Assembly (NCBI GenBank): GCA_951406725.2 | Contig: OX597828.1 | Span: 15,004,001-15,068,000, forward strand | Origin: Octopus vulgaris | Lineage: Eukaryota | Length of the DNA stretch: 64,000 nt | Direction: 5' to 3' | In this document: positions 1-12,081 of the stretch, piece after piece | Position numbering within the stretch: the stretch's first letter is position 1 | Layout: each line of letters begins with the position of its first letter | The notes under the pieces: generated by a model | Told to the model about the DNA's origin: nothing | Seen by the model: the letters and a program-made list of their open reading frames with translations, nothing else | The model's database searches: none | Made by a program: the position numbers and the translations under genes

Positions 1-325
1 GGGCAAGTGTCTTCTACTATAGCCTCAGGCCGACCAAATCCTGAGTGGATTTGGTAGACGGAAACTGAAAGAAGCCCATCGTATATATGTGTGTGTGTGT
101 ATATATATGTATATGTGTGTGTATATGTTTGTGTGTCAGTGTTTGTCCCCCCAATATCACTTGACAACCGATGCTGGTTTGTTTACGTCCCCGTAACTTA
201 GCGGTTCAGCAAAAGAGACCGATAGAATAAGTACTGGGCTTACAAAGAATAAGTCCAGGGGTCGATTTGCTCGACTAAAGGCGGTGCTCCAGCATGGCCA
301 CAGTCAAATGACTGAAACAAGTAAA
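1..325 (+). mobile_element. tRNA-derived SINE family A (5' end cut by the window edge)
   Basis: Shares the body gggcaagtgtcttctactatagcc...(TA/TG)n...gactgaaacaagtaaa with more than 10 other copies in the window. Confidence 0.9.
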
Positions 326-422
326 CTAGGTTATTATTTTAATAATCATGCTTGTGTATAACAAAATTAAGACTAACATATTTTTTCAAGACTCCCAGGA
401 ATTAATACGGATTTCTAATGCC

Positions 423-654
423 TTGGCCTATTAGTATTCTGATTATTCTGTCAAATATAAAGCTTCTGTATTCACACCACTTTAAACTAATCGATTAATT
501 ATTATTTAATGTTTTGAGATTTCAATGATGTGATTTTGATTTTTAAAATGATACACTGTAAGGTAGCTATGAAAGACCATACCTGACTCGGTTGAAGATA
601 AAGCAGGTAGAATATTTTGGTTGGATATAGCTGGTATAAACACTAAAGGGTTAA
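423..654. mobile_element. piggyBac-type MITE, degenerate copy
   Basis: Right end ...ctaaaggg|TTAA; internally similar to 15138-15344 and 39912-40139. Confidence 0.6.
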
Positions 655-999
655 ATTGTATTTTTAAAATGTGTAATGCACTTAGATACCCCTTGCAACA
701 CACTGGTGTTCTTCAGTGCACTGTTTGAAAACCCCTGGTGAGAATTCTTATTTCATATGGTGTAGATATCCTTAGATTATTTTCTCCCCAAACAATACTT
801 AGCCAACCACTTAGTCAACCTTGCATGATATATTAAAAGCATTGTCATAGCTTTCCTTTCTGTTATTTCTAGTTTCTGTTGTATTATATTTTCAATATCT
901 TTTAACATCCTTCATAAAATAACAGCCACTTGTAGAAGGTGTAAAAAGTAAATAAATGCTGATATTCTGGGAGGAGGGAGTTTATTGAGGGTTTGCTAT

Positions 1000-1510
1000 T
1001 AGTGGTTATCAATAAAACTGGAACAGCTGTAGTTAAAGTAAAATAGGGCAACTGCCATTGTTGTGTAGTAGTGCAACTGGAGTACTGAAAGGGCAGTTGA
1101 TATTGGGGTAAGATTGGGCAACTGATATTGGTATAAGGTAGGACAACTGGCATTGCATTGTGGTAGGGTAATGGTACAAGAGTATGGTGGAATCACTAAT
1201 GCTGGAGTAAGGTCAGTCATCTCTGGACAAGAATTAGAAGGAGCATTTGTCAGTAGTAAGGTGAATCAGGTTTCTATGAAATACTTAAAGCAGCTGTTGT
1301 TGGGGTAAAGCAGAACAACTGATGTCAAAGTGAAGTAGTAAAGCTCTGGGTTGATTTTTATGAGGAGCAGCTTGGATTAAATAAGGTGGGGCATGTTTCA
1401 AGAAAAGTAAGGTAGCCAGCATTGAAGTAAAGTGGGGAAGATGAGATCAAAGTGATGTAGAGCAGTGGGTCTTTGGAGTTATCTGAGGCTATTGGCATTG
1501 CAGAAAAGGT
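1000..1510. repeat. Degenerate ~25-bp minisatellite
   Basis: Units such as gggcagttgatattggggtaagatt / gggcaactgatattggtataaggta / ggacaactggcattgcattgtggta; purine/G-biased on +. Confidence 0.6.
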
Positions 1511-1784
1511 GAATGCAAAGTTATTAATGTAAGGTTGTTTGGGGGGGGGTGTCTGTTCACATCCCTTCCCATATCCATTTACTTTTGATAGCCTGAATTT
1601 AATCTAAAATTCTCAGGTAAGAGGGGCATCAGCCGTAAAAAAGCAATTTTTCTAACAAATAAATTTTCCAACCTGACAAATGTATGGGTAAAATGAATGT
1701 AGAACAGTAATGAAGAAAGTGTTTTAAGAAATGAAATTCGTAAAAGTTTTGGACATAACTGTAAATTTTCATTCAAGAGACACT

Positions 1785-1936
1785 AAGTCATTTTTAATGA
1801 TGGAACTCCTAATCGCTAAAGCTATAGCATGTAGAATATTGGCTTAAAGCCCTATCATTATAGAGCTTTAAGCCAATATTCTACATGCTATTATTAGGGC
1901 TTTAGCTACTTTGAGTTCCATTGTAAAAAGTGATTT
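1785..1936. repeat. Long palindrome (hairpin / palindromic MITE)
   Basis: Perfect 27-bp arms at 1824-1850 and 1865-1891, with imperfect outer arms at 1785-1822 and 1899-1936. Confidence 0.9.
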
Positions 1937-2048
1937 ACTTCATACCTGTAAGTATAAATAAGAGTTTGAAATATTAACTTTTCAGTTGGTTCTTCAAATC
2001 TGCCTTCTTCTCATATTTATATTATTGTTGTTTGTTTTATTGTTGCAG

Positions 2049-2117
2049 TAAGTTCCCCTAAACAGTTCAACAAATTAAAGAAGTCTACAGCTTTGAAAAC
2101 ATTAGATTCAAAACCAG
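2049..2117 (+). CDS. DENND6: DENND6 (FAM116) internal coding exon (first visible; upstream exons are outside the window)
   Basis: ttgcag|TA...CCAG|gtaaaa, 69 nt, phase 1/1. Encodes SSPKQFNKLKKSTALKTLDSKP(G), matching the recalled DENND6 motif TLD(S/T)KPG. Confidence 0.88.
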
Positions 2118-4015
2118 GTAAAACTTTTCTTTTTTTTTGTTATGTATTTGTATTTTGGGTTGGTGATTGGACTTGGCTTCCTGCCTTGGTTTTACGCTCA
2201 GAAAGTATGAAACTGTAACTAATTATATATCTTCATCATCTCTTAACATGTCTCCTTCATGCTAACTTAAGTTGGATGACTTGTCAGGATCTGAAAAATG
2301 TTCCAACGTCTGTTCTGGCATGGTTTCTATGGCAAGATTCCCTTCTAAACACTAACCACTTTACACAATATACTGGGTGCTTTTTACATGATGCTATCAC
2401 ACCAGCATGATGCCTTCATACACACACACACACACATATACATATACCATAATAACACATGTAATTTATGCACATTTTTCGCAAACAAAAATAAACTTTA
2501 GGCAGTGCGTAAATTACATGAGTAGATCATTTCCAGAAAATTTTTTGCTGAAAAATGATGTACAAATGTAAATATTCATACAAGAAATTGACTCATATTA
2601 TGTCAGAATAAGTTTTTACAGAACAAATAAGATGAAGTTGACTTTTATTTATGCTGGACAGTATAATGCTTACTTTTTTTTTCTGTATAAATATACTAAA
2701 ACCATTAAATGGTTAACTACTTTTTGAAGTTTGATGTTCATACCGGTAATCACGGTCTGGGCCATATTTTACATTGCTTGGAGTTTCTACCTATCACAAG
2801 GGAGCCCAGCAATTTCCTTAAATAGATCAGTTTTTCTCTGCTTAAGAAGTCTTGCTTGCATTTGCTTCCAGGAAGCTATTGCTTGCTTTCTCCGTGTTAA
2901 GACAATGAAATTAATTACCACAGACATCATCAACATCATAATCCATCCTTGCACGTGTACACTCACTAAGTGAATATGCCTTAGCATTCTTACAGAAACC
3001 TTTATTTACCTTATACGATGTTTAATGTCGTTTCACATTGATGTTGAATTATGCAGCAATCTTATGCTCTCTTCATAGAACAATTGTAATGTACGAATTA
3101 CCAGTTCTTTTGGTATAATAGATTTTTGCTATCCTTTTTTATGTCCCCACACAGACGTGTATATCCTAACAAGTTGCTTCTTAAATTTCGCACCTCTCTT
3201 GTTCAGTAAACACTGAGTTAAACCTGCAAAGCTGTTTATTTTCTCCTTTCGATTTTTAATGTCTATTTTAGCGGGTTACCAAACTATCAGTTTGGTCTCC
3301 CAGCTAAAATGGTAAAGACAAATTTTTAAGTTTGCTTGATATTTTATAATATTGATAAAGCACCTTTATAATGATTTGTTAATATAATCACATCTACTGT
3401 TGTAATCATGTTAATATTTTTCGGAGATAAAATTCAAATCATGTTGTGGATTAACTTTGTCTTTCATTTCTCTGAAATCAATTAAATAACATCTAGACAG
3501 GCAGTAATTTAAGGATTGAAATTCTTGAATGAAGAGTTTAGTGTGCAATTGTGTCTGTGCCATGCGAAATGCAATCATGCCAGAGCCATGTAAAAGCACC
3601 CAGTATACTCTGTAAAGTGGTTGGTGTTAAGAAGGGCATCCAGCCATAGAACCCATGCCAAAACAGACAATTGGAGCATGGACAACTCTCCAGCTGGCCA
3701 GCTCTTATCAAATCATCCAACCCTTGCCAGCATGGAAAACAGACATTAAATGATGATAATGATTAAGCATTTGATGTAATGTGTTCCCCTGATGAACTAT
3801 TAATCACAACGGTGAAACAGGCATAGGGAACAGATGATATAAACTGCATCCTATGTTTATAGTTTCTCTGACATCTGCTCTGTGTATCAGAATCATTTAT
3901 ACTGCTAAGTACAATATATTTACATTAATATGTTTATATCTAATAATCAGAAAAGAATAAATTCTTATTGTTACCTTTGTATTTACCTCTCTCTTTTTTT
4001 TTCTCTCTATTTTAG

Positions 4016-4080
4016 GTGTTTATACAAGATACAAAACATTTTTAAATAAAGACAAAGTTATTTTAAAGCGAGTTATAAAG
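4016..4080 (+). CDS. DENND6: DENND6 coding exon
   Basis: Long pyrimidine tract tttag|GT...AAG|gtaaga, 65 nt. Encodes GVYTRYKTFLNKDKVILKRVIK (cf. [20 protein letters not shown]). Confidence 0.93.
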
Positions 4081-5977
4081 GTAAGATTAATTTTCAGTCA
4101 GTAAGATTATAATTTGGAGAAAAGATTTTTGACTTCATTACTAGAAATAATTTAACACCTATACTTTGTTTCCGTTAGTTTCATCTCCAATATTTACAAA
4201 TATAGTATATAGACTATATTTTCATTAATCTGAGCTCCAGTTATCATCTAGTATCTTATTCCTCAATGTGTACATCCAGTAATAGGATACTGGATTCTAA
4301 CTCTGAAACTTTATTTTTTAATGAAGAGTAAAACCAGTGACATAATGTGGGTTGTGAGGTGCATGCAGTTTACCACACTTTATACATGTGTGTGTTTGCC
4401 GTTGTCAAAGGCACGTTATGTTTAAAGAAGTGGGTGGACAATTTGGCTGCTACACAGCGTAACCAAAACCTACACTACACCTCTGATGCATGTACATAGT
4501 GGATTAGTGTGTAATTATATTTAGTTTAGAAATAAAAGTACCTAGTTCAAATCCAATTCATTACTGTGTTCACATTCTGGGCTAAGGCTGTTTTTCTAAT
4601 TACAGACTTCAGTCATTAGACTGTATCTATACTAGGGTACTGCCTTCTTCTGAGGTTTTTAGTTAATCATAGTGATCTTCAGGAGTTTTCTTGATCTATA
4701 TTTTATTGATTGGTTAAGTTACCATTTTGAAATAACACAGGGTTTTCCTCTGTTTCAACTAGCCATATTATTTCAAATACAAACATGGGCACACAAATAC
4801 GATGAGCTTTTGCAGTTTCCATCTAACAAATTCCACTCACAAAGTGGTCAGCTGGAAGTTGTAAAAGACCCATGCCCAATGCCTACTCAGAGATTAAAAC
4901 CATTGAAACAGTATTATTTGGTAAAAACAACAAGTGTACAGTGAAACTGCCCTGGGAAGTCCTTCTTCAGAGTTGCAACCAGTTTCTCAAACAGTGGCTG
5001 TAAAACTCTGCTGTCTTTCTTTTATTTTCCTTCTGTCATCTTTACCCAGAAGAATGACTCTTTCTGAAATATCACATACTCCAATCCACACAGCAACATC
5101 TCTGTGCTTATTAATTATGATGCCTTTTTTTCCCATATAATACAAGTCTTGATGATGCAGACCACCACCAGTCTCCTTGGATTCTATTTTATCTAAAACA
5201 TAGTATAGATGAAAATATTTTTCTAAGATTTATAATCTTAATAATTCATTTCAAACATTTACACATTTAATTTACAGTCATCAACTTCATTGCAATTCGT
5301 GTAGCTTGGGAAAGTTATTAAATATTTTGTTCAAAATATCTTTTTTTTTTTAAATGTCTTTTGGATGGTAGTTATTTTGAGATATCTTATCTAGGAGGCT
5401 TTCATTTAGCTGCTGTGTAGAATTCAAAAACTTATACAGCTACATTTCTGAGAGAAGTTATTGTAATAATTAATAACTTTGATTCCTCAGAATATTAACC
5501 TCATCTTTTATATGCAGTTTTGCAATTTTTTCAGTTACCCTATTTCCACATTTACACACATTGACACCTTTATATTTATATATGTGTGTGCTTGTGTGTT
5601 TACTATGTGTATTTCTGTTTTAACTTAAATATGCCGTTTCCTTGTGTGTTGTAGAAGACAGTCAAAAGGTTTCATGTCAGGAAGGACATCTAACCATAAA
5701 AAAAAGTATGGAAAAGACTTGTGGGATATGCAAGGCTAACCCCTACTTTTAGCCAGGGGAAAATAGCCTTAAAACGTTTGTTGTTCTGATATATATGTTG
5801 CTATGTATATAGGAATACAGCACTGCTATTTGTTTCATTGTTCAGTATTTTGGGTCTACACTTTGAGAAAATCCCAGTTTTCTTTTTCTACCAAGTAAAC
5901 TATAATACTTTGTGTTGTTTAACTCATCAGTAAAAAGTAATGTTCTGTAAATTCCATCTTTGAACATTTCTAAATAG

Positions 5978-6067
5978 GGAGCACAAACTAAAAGACCTGT
6001 TGAAGTTCAGAATGCAATGTTACGCCGATATTTCCTAGAACTCACGCAAAGTTTCATGATTCCTTTA
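5978..6067 (+). CDS. DENND6: DENND6 coding exon
   Basis: aatag|GGA...TTA|gtaagt, 90 nt. Encodes [30 protein letters not shown], the hallmark [16 protein letters not shown] motif. Confidence 0.96.
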
Positions 6068-6414
6068 GTAAGTTATATGTTTTTAGTACTTTTTGCTCTT
6101 TTATAAAGTTGTTTTGCTTTTTCTTGGTGTTTTTTTTTTAATGACATATGTCTTCGTGCTATTGAACTCATTTTTCACACACACACACACACTGTGTGTG
6201 TAGTCTTCTACCTGGCCAGCTCCTGTCAAACCATCCTACTCATGCCAGCATGGGAAGTGGACGTTAAATGAGGATATATATATGGTCCAACCCATGCCAG
6301 CACAGAAAACATTAATTGATGATGATGGTGTCTCTCTCTTTCCCAATATATATATAGATATATATATATACACACACACAGACACACATACATTTTTATT
6401 TATATATATATATA

Positions 6415-6603
6415 CGTGCAGGTGGCACGTAAAAAGCACCCACTACACTCACGGAGTGGTTGGCGTTAGGAAGGGCATCCAGCTGTAGAAACATTGCCAG
6501 ATAAGACTGGAGCCTGGTGCAGCCTTCTGGCTTCCCAGATCCCCGGTCGAACCATCCAACCCATGCTAGCATGGAGAACGGACGTTAAACGATGATGATG
6601 ATG
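6415..6603 (+). mobile_element. RTE-LINE 3'UTR-derived repeat ending in (GAT)n
   Basis: gcacgtaaaaagcacc...ggaagggcatccagctgtagaaac...gatgatgatg; same sequence as the tail of the RTE fragment at 61998-62676. Confidence 0.8.
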
Positions 6604-7129
6604 ACATATATATATATATAAAATACAAAATGGGACAAGAACGCAAAACATCCGGACAGCCAGGTGATACAGAAAGGGACAACAAAACATCCAGATAGAC
6701 AATACAAAGAAAACAAGTATGGGTCATTCAAAGCCCTCTATCCTCAGTCAAGCACCAGATTATATATATTGCTACAAGTACATAGGTGTATAGTTAAGAC
6801 ACTGTTATCTAAAGTATGCTATATCTGAAAAAAGATTGGATGATCAAGGCTGGAATACCTTTGAACATAAGCTTACTCATTCAGGATTGACCTGAGGCTA
6901 CAAAAAAGTACAAGATGCCTCACTTCTTTCACTTAGATTACTTGCCACTTCTTTTTTTAACTAAATTAACCTCATTCAGTTTAACTCCACGACTTGCAAT
7001 TTGGGACAACCCTACCAGAAAAAAGTAAAATACAAATGTATCGCCTTATTTGCACCTTCTCTTTGTCAAACTAACTAATGAAAAAAAGAAAAGAATTTTA
7101 AATGTTTTTCATTGTTCCTTTATTTCCAG

Positions 7130-7183
7130 GAACGACACATGGCCAGTTTGATGCCACTCCAAAGGAATATTTCTCCTCACAAG
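7130..7183 (+). CDS. DENND6: DENND6 coding exon
   Basis: ttccag|GAA...AAG|gtaaga, 54 nt. Encodes ERHMASLMPLQRNISPHK (cf. ERYVASLMPLQKSISPWK). Confidence 0.95.
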
Positions 7184-8506
7184 GTAAGAGTTTGTGGAAT
7201 TTGGAGTTATATCATCTTTAGCAAATAATTCTCTGATATTTTATGACAGTATTTTCGGTTTTTGTTGTATTTCAGGTGGGACATTATGCCAATTCTTTTA
7301 ATATGATTAGTCAACTAAGGTAGCAAGGTACCAGAATCGTCAGTACATCAGACAAAATGCTTAGCAGCATTTTATCCACTTTCACATTCTGAGTTCAAAT
7401 TCTGCCAAAGTCGACTTTACTTTTCATCCTTAACGATTAAGCAAACAATCGATTAGTTCATTGATTGAATGATTGAGTAATTGAATAATAACAAAAGAAA
7501 ATAAATACAACCAGTGTGTGTGTCTTTATTATTGGCATAATGACCCATCCCAGAATCTTGCAAACCAAATACAGACGAAATATATTCAGCGTTTCTTTGT
7601 TTTGTTTTTTTTTGTTTTTTTACATTCTAAATTGTGGCCCGAGTTGTACGCGTTTGAAGTTGGTTTAGTCAACTTTACTAATTCTGATTGATGTTAGTTT
7701 TCATGTTAGTATATTTTGATAAGATATAACTGAGAAGTGTCAAACGTAGACACGAACTAGATGCTGGTTAATAAAATAAAGAAATACAACTCTTGTTGAA
7801 AATTGGGGACATATTTTGTTGTGTCATTAATGAACTCGTTAACTGTATTACGTGGCTGAGTAGTTATGGTACTGCAACTACTGACCACAGGTCAATTTTC
7901 AAACTGCTCCGTACAGCAGTTTTGGTACTCATAACCAAGGGACATAACTCTGTTTGCTCTAGTTTGCCTGACTTACAAAAAACAGACTTCACTCCCTTGT
8001 TTAAATTGCGAGCTTTTGTGAATTGCTTCAATAAGAAGCATTCTCCGTTTGGTCATAAGCTAAAAATTGTAAAACGTATATAGAAATAGTGCCTTAATGT
8101 GTTTGTTTAATCGCATATCATCTTTTTTTGAGCAAGCTATATAGTCAAAGACATACTTGCTATAGCCATCCCATCTTTGAAATGCTTTCGATTTTCATTA
8201 TCTAATACATTGTACCTTGTTTAAGGCGGATTTAATTGCTATTTTTAGCAATTTAAAAGTTTTCATTTTAATATACAATAGTTTAACCCCAGGTCAGCTC
8301 TGATTAAGCAGTCCTATAATCAAGAGGTTCCGTCCTGTCTTTTTTTCTTTCTTTCTTTTTCCGTACACTGTATATCTAGAACTATTTTCAATGCAGCCTT
8401 AATTTTTGAAGAAAGTAGGGTGAGATGAGAATGATTTGGCTGCTGTTTCAAGCAGTTCAAGTGACCATGTAGAGGTTAATCACTGGCTCAAAGAAAAGGC
8501 TCACTC

Positions 8507-8545
<39 letters not shown>

Positions 8546-9211
8546 GTGCATGCACACACATATTCATATTGGTCCCTTCTAAGAATGAGTAGAAATATGG
8601 AAGCAGATGAGATACCGTGATGCCTTATTCTACATGACATTCAGATGGAGAATAGGTACAGAGGTTCTTGATGAGGGAAAGAGGCAATCTATGGCGTCTT
8701 ATGAAGATGAATAAGCAAGCAGACAGAACAGGCAGGCAGGTGCTCTTGATCACATAAGGTGAAGAAATTAACTACTTATCACTTGACTGCAATGAAAGTT
8801 TGTTATTATTTGGTCTTTAGAAAAGTGTTTCGTTGGTATTTTGGAGAGAAAAAAATATTGGGATTGGCTGTTGGTGTTGTATCTAGAAAGATAGACACAA
8901 GATTAGGGAAATAGGAGAAGTGAGGGGAGGTAACAAGACCAGTCATTCCAAGGACCAGAAGCACTGTAGAAAAGTACAGTCATGTAGATGAGAGAACTAA
9001 ATGTAGTAACATCTACGATTTTCTCAAGAGCTAAAGGTACTTGTCGTTAAGATATCAGTTCACTGGGAAGCTTATATTTTTATCTACATCAATCAGCACT
9101 GTATATCTGCATATGTGTGTTTGCCAGTAATTAAACTTGATTTGTCTATCTTATAATTCAGTTGTCTAATATGCAAATATTATTTCTCAACTCCTGCCTT
9201 CAACTTAGCAG

Positions 9212-9321
9212 GCTCCACCCAGGTTACGGCCATTTGATGCCAATGAGTTTTTGAAAACGGTGGAACAGTCTGGTCCACAACTAACTTCAGGTATCAAAGG
9301 AGATTGGGAAGGTTTATACAA
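9212..9321 (+). CDS. DENND6: DENND6 coding exon
   Basis: ttagcag|GCT...TACAA|gtaagt, 110 nt. Encodes [36 protein letters not shown] (GPQLTS.IKGDW.GLY motif). Confidence 0.96.
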
Positions 9322-10764
9322 GTAAGTATTATTTTTTTTATCTATTAGACAATAAATTCTGCTAAAATAAAATGAACAGACTTAGAGATTTAAAAAGTCA
9401 TCAAATTCAAACTCAGAATCCTAAACTTAAAAACTATTTATCATTTCTCCCTCCTGATTGCTATTTTTTCATAATAAAAACATCAGCACACTGTTTTTGG
9501 CCAGATTTCTTATATATTCGTTTTTTCCTTCATTACCAAAGTCAGTTTTACCTTCCATCCTTTTGGTGAAAGATTTTGATCATTTTAAAACAGAAAGTAG
9601 AGATTATAGAAGCAGGAACAATTTTAATTGAGCTGATGTCAAAAGGATTAATACTGCATGCTTATTTATCCCTTGTAAGTTTAAGTGCAATCATAACACC
9701 TACTTGTGCCTTGGTGGAGTCAGCTGTTAAAATTTAGATGTCTTGGATATGAACACAATATAGTATAGGTGTTTGGATATGAACTGCTTATCTCTTGGCT
9801 TATCCATGGAGGCTTTCAGTAGGTGCAATGTTGTTAAATGTGGTTTCAGTTGAACTATATTACACATAAAGAAAATATCGTTTTTCTTGTTATTGTTTAT
9901 CCCCAGGTCAGCCCTGATTCAGCTGGCCTGTGTATCAAGGTGGTAAGTGGGCAGAGACATAAGAGCCATCTAATAGAATGCCTTGTGGTATTTATTCTAG
10001 TTGTTGGTGCTTTTAGTTCAAGTCCCACTGAGCTCAACTTTTCCTTCCATACTTTCAGGGTTGATAGTTGATAAAGTACCAGTTAAATACTGAGATCAAA
10101 ATCTCTTTCTATCTCTCTCTCTCCTTCTCTTCTGTTGAAGTATGGACCTTGTCAAGTTTAAAATGTCTAAGACCCAAGACATACTGCATGTCACAACAGA
10201 GGTCCCTTCAGCTCCCATCAGGAGTTGAAAGCAAAAACAAAAACAAGGGATAGTGTACCAAGGATTAAATTACCTAATGTGTACTTCCCTTTTTAAAAAT
10301 GAACAGGTGTAATTTAAAGGAGATGTAGTCAGTGTTTCTAGTAAATTAAACAATCCCAGAGAAATTCCCACACTGGTTAGTCATTGTTTACTTTCATGGA
10401 AGTGGTGGATTGGATGTAGACAGAAATATATGCAGTCCTGTTAAGATATAATATAATAAACCTTTATATCTTGGAATGGTCATTATGTCAATAATAAACA
10501 AATGCACTTTGTTTTATTTCACTTTATTTTCTTTGTCAATTGGTTAACCAGTTGACAAATAATCAACTGTTTGGTTTAATCATTTAGTCAGTTATTTAGC
10601 TAAGTTTGTCAAAATCCTTTCATTGCTATTCAAGGACACACTTTCTCTACTTCAGGTCTGTTTATTATTGGCATAATGACTCTCCCAAGGTACAACAAAA
10701 TATATTTCAACTCACAAGTTCACATCAAGAATCTTGCAAAACCAAATATAAAAAGGGAATAATA

Positions 10765-11170
10765 TAATCATCATCAAAATCACTTAACTGATACAGCCAG
10801 TCTTTAGGGTTCCACTTTAGATGTTTCCATAGTCAGCCGTTGCCACTGGTCTCTGTTCTCTGTGTTGTGACCTGTCTAGACCCTGATGTTGTCAAACCAG
10901 GATTTTCTCTGCCTCTCTTTAACCCTCTCTCAACTGTGCCCTGAAGTATGATTTTAGATAGGGTATTGTGCTCTGTATATCGGATGTGTAATAGCCTTCT
11001 GAAGTGTTTGTTCTCAAATGCCTCAATTCTTTGCTCCATGTCAGCTGTAAGAGTCCAGTTCTCGCACCCATACAGAAGGATCGAAGTCACCCAGGTCTTG
11101 TACGAAAACAAATGGAATTGCTGGATCAAATTGACTTTCTTCCCCGTGTCCCTTTCTCTATTCCTACCCT
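10765..11170 (-). mobile_element. RTE-clade LINE 3' fragment (degraded RT C-terminus)
   Basis: ORF 10833-11195 contains SILLYGCENWTLT...IEAFE...RRLLHI and IILQGTVE.G.KRGR, typical RTE motifs. Confidence 0.85.
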
Positions 11171-11229
11171 TACTTAACAATGATTTCTTGTGCAATAAAT
11201 AAAGAAATTGCTATTTTCTCCTTCCCTAG

Positions 11230-11332
11230 ACGATTTTTCCAATCTGCCAACTTTGAGGGCTGGTATCGGCACCGGCAACATGAAGTCAATCAGAAACTGC
11301 AAGTTTTACATATGGAGGCCTTAAGTAATGTG
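11230..11332 (+). CDS. DENND6: DENND6 coding exon
   Basis: ccctag|A CGA...GTG|gtaagt, 103 nt, completes the phase-2 codon. Encodes RFFQSANFEGWYRHRQHEVNQKLQVLHMEALSNV. Confidence 0.95.
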
Positions 11333-11547
11333 GTAAGTAGTTATTATTGTTACTATTATCAAGGCATTGAGCTAGTAAATTGTTGGTATATCAGATAAAA
11401 TGCTTAGTGGCCTTTCTTCCAGTTCTTTACATTCTGAGTTCAAATACTGTTGAGGTCAACTTTGCCTTTCATCTTTGGGGAGTCAATAAAATAAGTACTC
11501 AAATACTGGGGTCAATGATGATTTTGTGCCAAAATTTGAAACAATGT

Positions 11548-12081
11548 ATTGTTGTTATTGTAGTTGGCATTAGGAAGGGCATCCAGCTGCAGAAACCATG
11601 CCAAATCAGATTGGTACCTGGTGCAGCTCACCAATTTACCAGTTTTCAATCAAACTGTCCAACCCATGCTAGCATGGAAAATGGATATTAAATGTTAAGG
11701 ATGATGAGGGTAAGCTGGCAGAATTGTTAGCATGTGGAGCAGAAAGCTTAGCACCATTTCATCCATCTTTACATTCTGACTTCAAATTCCACTGAGGTCA
11801 ACTTTGTCTTTCACCCCTTCCAGATCAATAAAATAAGTACCAGTTGAACTTATAACAATAATATACAATAGCAATATATAATATATATTATATATTGTTA
11901 TTGCATATTATATTGTTACTCTCATCATCCTTGCCATTTAATATCCATTTTCCATGCTAGCATGGGTTGGACAGTTTGATTGAAAACTGGTAAATTGGTG
12001 AGCTGCACCAGGTTCCAATCAGATTTGGCATGGTTTCTACAGCTGGATGCCCTTCCTAATGCCAACTACAATAACAACAAT
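11548..12081. repeat. 161-bp near-perfect inverted repeat pair (11548-11708 / 11921-12081)
   Basis: Direct comparison gives about 5 mismatches in 161 bp; the arms derive from the RTE-tail repeat. Confidence 0.92.

Noticed and set aside
2046-2053. CAGTAAGT overlap of acceptor and donor consensus as a recursive splice site
   Set aside because: The junction is CAG|TAAGT, not AG|GT, so no donor is regenerated after splicing.
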